A DNA stretch of 64,000 nt from a virus (Duplodnaviria > Caudoviricetes): positions 96,001 to 160,000 of IMG/VR virus record IMGVR_UViG_642918914_000001, one strand, 5' to 3'. The notes beneath the pieces were generated by a model. It saw nothing but the letters and a program-made list of their open reading frames with translations. It was not told the origin of the DNA and did no database searches. Positions within the stretch are counted from its first letter, which is position 1; the number at the start of each line of letters is the position of its first letter. The translations under genes and the position numbers were made by a program. This document shows positions 19,101 to 26,730 of this stretch, piece after piece.

Positions 19101-20903
19101 AACACAGCAGCTACACAGACGGAGACTTCTCTCAACCTGTCGGCTGGTGGTTCCATCAGTTTGGGTGGTGGTTCGCAAGTGCTGACCACGATCTTCACCG
19201 GAACACTGACGGCAAACACCACAGTTGTGCTTCCGGCGCCGGGTCGTTGGACGTTCTACAACAACACGAGCGGCGCGTTCACCGTCACACTGTCTAACGG
19301 TGCGGGCTCCACGTTTGTGTTGCCGCAGACGGCGAGCGTTACCGTGATCAGTGATGCAACGCTGGGAGTGATTCCCGCCATCACCACTGGTCTCACGCAA
19401 TCCACGTCGGACAACAGCACGAACCTTGCGACCACGGCCTTCGTTAAGGCTGCGATCTCAGGAAGCGTGTCCGGGGTGTCGTCGTTCAACACGCGGACTG
19501 GTGCAGTCACGTTGCAAGCAAGCGACGTGACCGGCGTTGGCGGGGCACTGCTGTCTGGTGCTGCGTTCACTGGGGCGGTCACCGTTCCTACGCCTTCCAC
19601 TGGTGACAACTCGACCAACGCGGCGACCACTGCATTCGTGCAGACTTCGCGCCTCAACGGAACGTCGATCTCGCTGTCGAGCGCCAACGTCACGTTGACT
19701 GCAGCGCAGTACGGAACGCGAATCATCCTGCTGAACGGTACGTTGACTGCGAACGTCAGCGTGACATTCCCCACAAGCGGTTCGTGGGAAGTGTACAACG
19801 CGACGACGGGTGGGTTTACCGTCACGTTGACCAACGGCAGCGGCACGACGTTGACTCTGGCGCAGAACAACAGCGCCACGATCATGTCGTACAGCGGCGG
19901 CATTACCAACAGCAACTCGGTGGCCGGTGTGTTGCCTGTTGCAACGACCACGACACTGGGCGGCGTCATCGTTCCGGCGGCGGGCGGTCTGTTGGTGGAT
20001 GGCAGCGGTAATCTGTCGGTGGTGGTCGCCACTAGCTCGGCGCGTGGTGTGGTGAGTCAGGGTACTGGCGTATCCATCAACGCGAGCGGTGTGCTGTCTG
20101 CTAACGTGGTTTCTGTCGCAGGCAAGACGGGAGCGGTGACGTTGGTGGTGGGTGATGTTAGCGGCGCGGCAGCATTGGCCAGCCCCTCGTTCACGGGGAC
20201 TCCGACGGCGCCGACTGCTGCGGCCAGCACCAACACTACTCAACTGGCGACCACTGCATTCGTGCGGAACGCTGTCGCAGGTGTGACTACGGTGTCGCTC
20301 ACCAACGTCAACGTGACGTTGACCGCGGATCAGGCGGCGGCTGCCATTATCAAGCTGAGCGGAACGTTGACGGGTAACGTGCAGATCACGTTCCCAACCA
20401 GCGGATGGTGGGAGGTGTACAACACGACGACGGGCAGCTTCACTGTGACGCTGACCAACGGGACGGGTAGCAACATCACCATCCCGCAGAATCAGATGTT
20501 GAACGTGGTGAGCGACGCAACGAGCGGTATGCTGCTGGATGGTGCGGCGGCTATCGCCCGGATAAGCGTCAACGTGCAGGGAAGTCCAGCGGTGGGATCG
20601 GAAATCTTCTATCCGGTGACCAACGCGCTGACGCTTCCAGCCAATCTCGTGGGAACCAACGCCTATGGGACGGGGACCAGCGGCAGCAGCGCGCCGTACA
20701 CGGTCAACGTCTACAAGTACGTTGGGAACTCTGCGAGTGGCACGCAGGTGGGCACCATCACCATCAATCCTGGATCTGCGTCCACCTTCAGCACTGTAGG
20801 CGGTACGAGTGTGTCGTATGCGGCGGGAGATCGACTGAGTTATCAGTTCCCAACCGCCAATCTTGCCCTGTTCGCGGCAACGTTGCTGGGTACATGGCAG
20901 TAA
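16143..20903 (+). CDS. very long repeat-rich fibre protein (1586 aa)
   Basis: VTSVN..TG.V.L, LGGVIVG and LASPAFTGTPTAPTA..TNTTQLATTAFV repeats; C-terminal beta-sandwich ending AGDRL...LLGTWQ. Confidence 0.85.
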   Translation: MSILSYPITVVTGSLQTYNIRARWVSQLPLEALGSVDACVLQEAVGPAAPGLYWWTGRVWMLAVPYDSVTDAIIHDGEMTIGYNLSQPLVLGSAADTVNMWRNGQPLPGNTIAPDDSVWAGIVSPNPSVVGVTSVNHKTADANGDVEVGISDIPGLTTELAARIKTVNSVGPDSNGDVAVTLAGLPDTNFVPSPAIDGFTLVYQTASGKWVPSRYVPSAVRTVNSTTPDVNGNVIVKASAAETVTPTNVSLVANDGSTTGNILLKTVQGTGALTVADNGTHVTLDVPQTVTAVQAATATGGTTLIANDGSTTHIAQIKQLVAGVNVQLSSDGQTVTINATNSSGGGGTLTAVQSTGTGISLVNYDGTSGSTIALIKSVVAGSGITIVQDAQLQTLTIAAIAQVPPVTSVNTKTGDVVLTAADITGFATVAYTGNYNDLQNKPAAYVLPPATATVLGGIKVGSNLAVAADGTLSATAQPLAPATTTTLGGVIVGAGLNVAADGTLSVSGSGVVNSVNSASGALTIAQGSGISVSTVGQTITISATGAGSVTSVGLSLPAALFTVSGSPVTSTGTLTGTLNNQNPNWVWAGPGSGVAAAPTFRALVAADLPVATSTVPGTMYPGPGLAVDGTGKLTIVQSGVVTSFNTRTGDITLQLSDITNAGGAVLASPAFTGTPTAPTPLSSDNSTRLATTAFVQASFAPLASPALVGTPTAPTAATGTATTQLATTAFVNRDFAPIASPTFTGTPKAPTQTAGDNTTALATTAFVQAAISGAVAGVTSFNSRTGAVTLQAGDVTGVGGALLASPAFTGTPTAPTATAGTNTTQLATTAFVQAAIASVPAGVSSFNTRQGAVVLQPADVTGVGGALLASPAFTGTPTAPTATAGTNTTQIATTAFVQAAITSGVPIATTTTLGGVIVKAGLTVDASGNLSANVTTVAGRTGDVVLAVGDVSGAASLSSPAFTGTPTAPTAASGTNNTQIATTTFANTAATQTETSLNLSAGGSISLGGGSQVLTTIFTGTLTANTTVVLPAPGRWTFYNNTSGAFTVTLSNGAGSTFVLPQTASVTVISDATLGVIPAITTGLTQSTSDNSTNLATTAFVKAAISGSVSGVSSFNTRTGAVTLQASDVTGVGGALLSGAAFTGAVTVPTPSTGDNSTNAATTAFVQTSRLNGTSISLSSANVTLTAAQYGTRIILLNGTLTANVSVTFPTSGSWEVYNATTGGFTVTLTNGSGTTLTLAQNNSATIMSYSGGITNSNSVAGVLPVATTTTLGGVIVPAAGGLLVDGSGNLSVVVATSSARGVVSQGTGVSINASGVLSANVVSVAGKTGAVTLVVGDVSGAAALASPSFTGTPTAPTAAASTNTTQLATTAFVRNAVAGVTTVSLTNVNVTLTADQAAAAIIKLSGTLTGNVQITFPTSGWWEVYNTTTGSFTVTLTNGTGSNITIPQNQMLNVVSDATSGMLLDGAAAIARISVNVQGSPAVGSEIFYPVTNALTLPANLVGTNAYGTGTSGSSAPYTVNVYKYVGNSASGTQVGTITINPGSASTFSTVGGTSVSYAAGDRLSYQFPTANLALFAATLLGTWQ
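18060..19650 (+). repeat. intragenic fibre-shaft repeats (SFNTRTGAVTL / ASPAFTGTPTAPT...ATTAFV)
   Basis: Multiple imperfect copies, e.g. ~18547-18650 versus ~18742-18845, differing mostly at third codon positions. Confidence 0.85.
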
Positions 20904-20913
20904 GGAGAGCAGA

Positions 20914-23151
20914 ATGGCCTTGAAGTTCGTTGAAGGCTTTGAAACGACGCGTGATGATAACGACTTTCGCACCCGTGGGTGGCTGGCTGCGCCCACGAAG
21001 CGATACGCGTCGCTGGCTCCTGCGAAGACCACGATCGGTGTGACGGGGCTGCGTCGCTTCATCAACAACGGGAGCGACGCAGCCACTACGGTCGGGGTTA
21101 CGGGGGCCACAGACATCGGATACCTGAACACAGGCATCACCGTGAATCAGGCATGGACTGCAGGTGGATTCAGCTGGGGAGCGTCAGCTACTCACTACAG
21201 TGGATCTGCCATCCAGATCGGTGCTGCCGGGACTGGCGGTCCTTCGGGACAGGCGCTCGGATGCATTGACTTTGACGGGACGAACTACTGGGCGTGCACG
21301 TCGGCAACCAAGATCGCCAAGTCCACGGATTTGCTGAACTGGACGAACACGACGGCACAGCCGTCAGGCATCACGCTGTCGTCCACAGTGTCGTTCATGG
21401 GTAGTGGCACGGTTATGGTCGTTCCACAGACCGCCACTCCAACGACGCTTGCGGTGTCGTATACCACGAACGGCGGAACGTCGTGGGCCACACAGACGCT
21501 GGCTACCGGCATCACCACGACGACCGGCGCGCAGTATGGCATTGGGTTCGCTACCGGCAACCCCACGTATCCGCACGGCATCCTCATCGGTATCAGCGAC
21601 AACTCGGCAGCCAATGGGCTGTACATTGGAACGTTGGGTGGTACGTTCGTTCAGGTGATTGGAGGAACGGCCTACACCATGGGCTTCTTTGTTCCACGGC
21701 CCGTGGTCGTTAACGGATACATCTACACGACGGACGCTTCTAACAACGCGACTAGCGCTGGCTTCTACAGCGCTCCAGTGTCGGGCGCCATAAACACCGC
21801 AGGCGCGTGGACTAAGTGGGCGTTGAACAATGTGCCGAATCCGTCGCAGCTCGCATACTTTCAAGGCGCGGACCTGTTCATTATCGGTTCGGTGACCAAC
21901 GGCGCATTTACGATACCCAACACAGGAGGCGTTGGAACACCAGTACCTCCGACTGCGGCCACCACCGCAAGCAATCCGTACACAGCGGCGGGTGTCTACG
22001 GAATCGCAGCGTCCAGCAGCACCGCGGTCATCTTCCCAGATGCGTTGAACTCGATCAGCGCCAACAACACGATCCTCACGTCTACGGATGGAGTGACTTG
22101 GAGCCCTCAGTTCAAGATCTGGCCAAACTTGGGTGGAACCACGCTCAATGGATGGTGCACTGTGTTCTACGACGGAACACAGTACGTGGCGGTGGGCGCC
22201 GTTGGCAGTACCGCGCATTCGCAGATCTTGATCTCGACCGACGATGGGGTGAACAACTGGCGCATTCGCTATGCGTCAGACACGTCATCCAACGGCACGA
22301 CCGGCGGATTCAGCGGACTGGGAGTGTGTACGGCCAGCGCAGCACCTACTAGCGGAGGAACGTGGACCGCGGGCACCAACGCAGCGTGGCTCAATACGAC
22401 TGTTCCGTCTGCGGGATCGGCCACCGTCAGCTTCTTCACCACAACCAACAGTGCGACGGCAGCCAGTACCAAGTCGGTGACGACGAGTGGCGCACTCACG
22501 CACTACTACAACATCCAGGCTGTTGCAGTAGCGGGGACCACGAACAGCTTCAACATCAGTTGGTATGTGGACGGCGTGCTGTCTGCTACCAGTTCCAACG
22601 TGGCGCTGGGCACTGGAACCGGTGACACCACGTCGCTGCTCATACTCAACTTCCCACGGTCTGGCGGTTGGCAGCAGTTCGACGACGTGTACTTGACCCT
22701 GGACAACGGTGTTGGCATGACCGGAGTACAGACCATCTACTGTACTGCTCGTCGCCCGACCAATGATGTCCAGGATCAATGGGCACCTACCGGTCAAGCA
22801 ACGAACAGTCTGGCTACCAATCAGCAGGCGTTGAGTTCGCGAAGCGATCGCTATGTGTCCACGTACACAGACGGCGCACAGGACAAGTATTCGTCTTCAG
22901 ACGCGGTGCAGACCACGTACAAAGTGAAGGCCGTCCAGATCGAGGGATACTTCAAGCGACTGTCTACGGTCAGTCCTACCGCAAAGGTGAGTTTGATTAG
23001 CAACGGTCAGCAAGTGGACTCTACGGCGGTGACCGTCGGGACCACGGACATCTTGGCGTCGGCCATCGTGGAAAACGATCCCAATGGTAACATCGCGTGG
23101 ACGCCGGGTTCAGTATCCAACACGCAGTTCTCAGTTACGAAGGTCTCCTAA
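20914..23151 (+). CDS. virion structural protein paralogue A (BNR/Asp-box-like beta-propeller plus C-terminal domain)
   Basis: AAGGAG RBS; MALKFVEGFETTRDD; S/TxDG..W Asp-box-like repeats; colinear with next gene. Confidence 0.75.
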   Translation: MALKFVEGFETTRDDNDFRTRGWLAAPTKRYASLAPAKTTIGVTGLRRFINNGSDAATTVGVTGATDIGYLNTGITVNQAWTAGGFSWGASATHYSGSAIQIGAAGTGGPSGQALGCIDFDGTNYWACTSATKIAKSTDLLNWTNTTAQPSGITLSSTVSFMGSGTVMVVPQTATPTTLAVSYTTNGGTSWATQTLATGITTTTGAQYGIGFATGNPTYPHGILIGISDNSAANGLYIGTLGGTFVQVIGGTAYTMGFFVPRPVVVNGYIYTTDASNNATSAGFYSAPVSGAINTAGAWTKWALNNVPNPSQLAYFQGADLFIIGSVTNGAFTIPNTGGVGTPVPPTAATTASNPYTAAGVYGIAASSSTAVIFPDALNSISANNTILTSTDGVTWSPQFKIWPNLGGTTLNGWCTVFYDGTQYVAVGAVGSTAHSQILISTDDGVNNWRIRYASDTSSNGTTGGFSGLGVCTASAAPTSGGTWTAGTNAAWLNTTVPSAGSATVSFFTTTNSATAASTKSVTTSGALTHYYNIQAVAVAGTTNSFNISWYVDGVLSATSSNVALGTGTGDTTSLLILNFPRSGGWQQFDDVYLTLDNGVGMTGVQTIYCTARRPTNDVQDQWAPTGQATNSLATNQQALSSRSDRYVSTYTDGAQDKYSSSDAVQTTYKVKAVQIEGYFKRLSTVSPTAKVSLISNGQQVDSTAVTVGTTDILASAIVENDPNGNIAWTPGSVSNTQFSVTKVS

Positions 23152-23172
23152 GAGATCAGCTTGGAGATAGAA

Positions 23173-25368
23173 ATGACCCTCAAGTATATGAACGGGTTCG
23201 AAACGTGCCGCGACGATTCCGATCTTCGCGCACAGGGTTGGCTGGCCAGCCCCACGTCGGACTATGTAGGTTTTCCAGGAGCGTCGACCAGTGTGGGCGC
23301 CGTCGGCCTGCGTCAGTGGTCAGCAGCGTCTGCAGGCGCAAACGTCGTTGGCGTAGCAGCGGCGGCGGACCCCGGCTATCTGAACACTGGCATCACCGTG
23401 AACCAAGCGTGGACTGCTGGCGGTTTCACTTTCAACGCCAATGCCACCTTCTACGGTGGAACTGCTGGAAACGCCATTGGTTCATTTATTGGAGCCAGTC
23501 AGTACCCGAACCAGATTGTGTACGACGGTACGCAATACTGGGCAATTCAGACCAATCCACTGCAAGTGGTGACGTCTACTGACCTTGTGAAATGGACAGC
23601 TACTCCCGCTCAGCCTTCCGGCTTGAGTGCTACGACTGCCAACAGCGTGTCGTACATGGGTGGAGGCGTGGTCATGGTAGTGACCGCGGGTTCGGCTTCG
23701 GTGTCCTGCTTGTACACGTCGAACAACGGAGTGTCGTGGTCAACGCAGAACTTCGGTGCGTCGGGCGGCGGCTCCATATACGGGGCCGGATGTGCGACGG
23801 GGAACGCCACCTATCCGCACTGCGTCGCCATCAACAGCAGCGCTACGTCCAGCTTCAACGGAGTGTGGGTGGGGACGCTGGGTGGCACCATGACGCAGGT
23901 GACGTCTGGTGGCTATGCGGCAACCGGTCTTCTGTCGCGACCCAAGGTCATCAACGGATACATCATCTGCACGCTGGGCAACAACGGAGTGTACAGTGCG
24001 CAGGCGTCAAACGCCAGCCTCAACACCACTGGCGCGTGGACAAAGTGGACGTACACTGGGCAGAACTTGACTGACGTCAACTACTTCCAGCCAGCGAATG
24101 CTTGGTTCGTGTCTGGTCACCAAGCGGGGGTCGTCAGCATCCCAAATACGGGCGGTGCCGGAACTCCAGTGCCTCCGACCACGGGATCGGGCACCAGTGT
24201 GTACGCAAACCCTGTGTATGGGCTGATGGTGAGCAGCACAAACATCACGCTTGCGGTATTCTCAAACGCCACAGGCAACGTATCGCTGCTCACCTCGACG
24301 ACAGGTGCATCAGGCAGTTGGGTGAACACGTCGCGCGTTCTTCCGTATTTGGGTGCCAGCGTCAACGGCTGGAAGGACGTGTACTACGATGGAACGAAAT
24401 ACATCGTGTGCAGCTACGCAAGCAGCGCAGCGACGTCAGCTTGCATTGCGACCACCAGTGACGGGTTGAAAGACTGGCAGGTCAAGTACATGAGCGATGT
24501 GACGCCCGGCACTACGGGCGGATTCAGTGGACTTGGCGTGTGTGCTGCAACTGCGGCTCCCACATCAGGCAGCGCGTGGACGCAGGTTGGAGGCGTTGCA
24601 TGGCTGAATTGCAGCACGCCGTCTGCGGGCAGTTCCACGATTTCGCTGTACACAGCGGCGGGAACTAGTGCCAACTTGACAGCGACGCAGTCGTCGTCCA
24701 TCCTCACGCATTCGTATGAAGTGCGAGCAGTAGCAGCGGCCACCGCCAACAGCTTCAACATCTCGTTCTACATCGACGGCACACTGCAGGGGACGACGGC
24801 GTCGCCAGTGGCGTTCGGTTCGGGAACCAGCGACACAACGTCGCTGCTCATCCTCAATATGCCACGCTCCGGTAACTGGCAGCAGTTCGACGACGTGGTG
24901 CTGACGTTGGACGATGGGCTGGGTATCGTTGGGCCGCTGGGTCCCATCAACATCGTGTCTCGGCGTCCAACTGCTGACGTCAGCACGCAGTGGACACGTG
25001 TTGGCACAGCAGCCAGCAACGCGCTGTCGGTGAATCAGAATGCGCTCAGCTCGCAAAGCTCGAACTACGTGAACACCTACACCGACGGTGGGAAGGACGT
25101 GTATTCGTCAACGGATACTGTCCCATCCAACTACAAGGTGAAGGCGGTCCAGGTGGAAGCGTACTTTGCCAAGCTGGGGACCAGTGCGCCGGTTGCAAAC
25201 GTCGGCATCAAGAGCGGATCCACTGAAAGCGACAGCGCGAATTTGACTGTGACGTCGGCCAACGCCACCTACGTATCGTCTATCGCGCAGACGGATCCAA
25301 GCACGGGCGCTGCCTGGACACAGACGGGAGCCAACAACTCACAGTTCGTCATCAACAAGGTGAGCTAA
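23173..25368 (+). CDS. virion structural protein paralogue B
   Basis: MTLKYMNGFETCRDD; shares GYLNTGITVNQAWTAGGF, TTGGFSGLGVC, DTTSLLILN.PRSG.WQQFDDV and YKVKAVQ.E.YF with paralogue A. Confidence 0.75.
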   Translation: MTLKYMNGFETCRDDSDLRAQGWLASPTSDYVGFPGASTSVGAVGLRQWSAASAGANVVGVAAAADPGYLNTGITVNQAWTAGGFTFNANATFYGGTAGNAIGSFIGASQYPNQIVYDGTQYWAIQTNPLQVVTSTDLVKWTATPAQPSGLSATTANSVSYMGGGVVMVVTAGSASVSCLYTSNNGVSWSTQNFGASGGGSIYGAGCATGNATYPHCVAINSSATSSFNGVWVGTLGGTMTQVTSGGYAATGLLSRPKVINGYIICTLGNNGVYSAQASNASLNTTGAWTKWTYTGQNLTDVNYFQPANAWFVSGHQAGVVSIPNTGGAGTPVPPTTGSGTSVYANPVYGLMVSSTNITLAVFSNATGNVSLLTSTTGASGSWVNTSRVLPYLGASVNGWKDVYYDGTKYIVCSYASSAATSACIATTSDGLKDWQVKYMSDVTPGTTGGFSGLGVCAATAAPTSGSAWTQVGGVAWLNCSTPSAGSSTISLYTAAGTSANLTATQSSSILTHSYEVRAVAAATANSFNISFYIDGTLQGTTASPVAFGSGTSDTTSLLILNMPRSGNWQQFDDVVLTLDDGLGIVGPLGPINIVSRRPTADVSTQWTRVGTAASNALSVNQNALSSQSSNYVNTYTDGGKDVYSSTDTVPSNYKVKAVQVEAYFAKLGTSAPVANVGIKSGSTESDSANLTVTSANATYVSSIAQTDPSTGAAWTQTGANNSQFVINKVS

Positions 25369-25369
25369 G

Positions 25370-25627
25370 ATGGCTTCTAATCCCAATGAGAACCTATATG
25401 CGAAGGCCATAGCCGAGCAGGTTGTCTGGGTGGCTGGGGTACCTGCTGAAGCGATCGCGGTCGCTCAGCAGATACTCGTCGTGCAGATGACGGAACCGAA
25501 GGCGCAGGCTGTTGCCGAAAACGTGCTGCTGGTACCCGGTGTCCAGGCGCAGGCGCTGGCCGTCGCCGAACAGTGGCTGTTGGGGGCGCCGACCTACGTA
25601 CAGACCGCTACATGGTGGACAAGTTGA
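25370..25627 (+). CDS. small repeat protein (A.AVAE/Q.. repeats)
   Basis: Four ~16-aa imperfect repeats; starts 1 nt after the previous stop. Confidence 0.65.
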   Translation: MASNPNENLYAKAIAEQVVWVAGVPAEAIAVAQQILVVQMTEPKAQAVAENVLLVPGVQAQALAVAEQWLLGAPTYVQTATWWTS

Positions 25628-25638
25628 ACGAGGAACGT

Positions 25639-26343
25639 ATGCCGAAGATCAAAGCTGAAAAGCAAGCAACTGATCCACCAAAGAACGACAAGGACTTCAC
25701 GTGGCAGAGGAACATGGAGAAGAAGTATAAGGGCGCACCTAAGCGCAATCCAGGATCCGCGCCACCTGAAGGAACCTTCAGCAAGAGTCCTTCGCAGATC
25801 GCCAACGATCTGAAGATGCATTCGAAGGACTACGGGCAAGCGAGTCGTCGGCTGAACAGCTACATCAACCGACAAGGTCGCAATCTTCAGGGAGCGGATC
25901 GTGCGCGACTGTACGATGCGAAGGAACACCTGAAGAATGCCTACGGCCGTCAGGAACATAAGCCGAAGCAGCAGACGGCAGACAGCAGCGCAGGGCCTGC
26001 CCTGTACTGTTTGACGAAAGGACACAACCTTGACGATGGGACAGTGGATTTGCTGACGTCTGTCCCAGATCTACGGGAGAAACAAGCCGTGAACGATCAT
26101 CAGCTACTTGCAGCATGTGCTCGCCTGAAGGCCAGCGTATTGAACTCGGAACAGGATCCGAATCAGCGCATGTCGTCGGTTGAAGTGCAAAGCGACAGCA
26201 CAGTAGTTCCCAACCTGGAAGAGACCAACATCGCAGAATCCACATCTACCATTGATGGACTGGACACTGCGTTCGAGGAGGGACAGGGCGGGGCACCCAT
26301 CAACATCAACGCAGCGCTTCACCGTTTGCAGTCGCCAGTCTGA
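25639..26343 (+). CDS. DUF3175-like domain protein
   Basis: EGTFSKSPSQIA..LK...ASRRLNSYINRQGRNL...RARL..AK..LK..YGR resembles the DUF3175 FYINRAGKNL...L..AK.EL...FGR pattern; GAGGA RBS before MPKIK. Confidence 0.6.
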   Translation: MPKIKAEKQATDPPKNDKDFTWQRNMEKKYKGAPKRNPGSAPPEGTFSKSPSQIANDLKMHSKDYGQASRRLNSYINRQGRNLQGADRARLYDAKEHLKNAYGRQEHKPKQQTADSSAGPALYCLTKGHNLDDGTVDLLTSVPDLREKQAVNDHQLLAACARLKASVLNSEQDPNQRMSSVEVQSDSTVVPNLEETNIAESTSTIDGLDTAFEEGQGGAPININAALHRLQSPV

Positions 26344-26362
26344 TTGTTGTCAAGGCAGCTAC

Positions 26363-26370
26363 AATTTGAT
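26363..26370 (+). promoter_or_regulatory. AATTTGAT motif upstream of TraR-like gene
   Basis: Intergenic copy. Confidence 0.5.
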
Positions 26371-26426
26371 TTCGGGGGTGGGGGCACCGCCGTTATCTAT
26401 TCTAGCTGCATTGACTGGGACTCAAA

Positions 26427-26639
26427 ATGGACGACATTGATCGCATCCAAGACCGCTACGATCACGAGCATCAACAGGCTATCAATAAGATCCGAGAACG
26501 GGCGAAGAAGTCCTTGATGCCGACGGGGCATTGTTTCTTCTGCGGAGAACAGGTGAAGCATCCGCTTCTCTTCTGTGATTCTTTCTGTCGAGACGACTAC
26601 GAGCGTGAACAACGAAGTCGCCGTATCAACGGTTTGTGA
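26427..26639 (+). CDS. TraR/DksA-like C4 zinc-finger protein
   Basis: MDDIDRIQ acidic N-terminus, helix, C-xx-C...C-xxx-C, C-terminal helix. Confidence 0.7.
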   Translation: MDDIDRIQDRYDHEHQQAINKIRERAKKSLMPTGHCFFCGEQVKHPLLFCDSFCRDDYEREQRSRRINGL

Positions 26640-26642
26640 TGC

Positions 26643-26676
26643 AAGGGCCTCCTAATTAGGAGGCCCTTTGTCGTTT
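26643..26676 (+). terminator. intrinsic terminator
   Basis: Perfect 26-nt palindrome AAGGGCCTCCTAATTAGGAGGCCCTT followed by TGTCGTTT, 3 nt after the stop. Confidence 0.7.
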
Positions 26677-26684
26677 GACCTGCG

Positions 26685-26692
26685 AATTTGAT
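26685..26692 (+). promoter_or_regulatory. AATTTGAT motif upstream of 26731 fibre operon
   Basis: Lies just after a terminator and ~40 nt before the ATG. Confidence 0.6.
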
Positions 26693-26730
26693 AGCAACAC
26701 AAGCCGCCAACTGAAGTCAAAGGATTGGTC

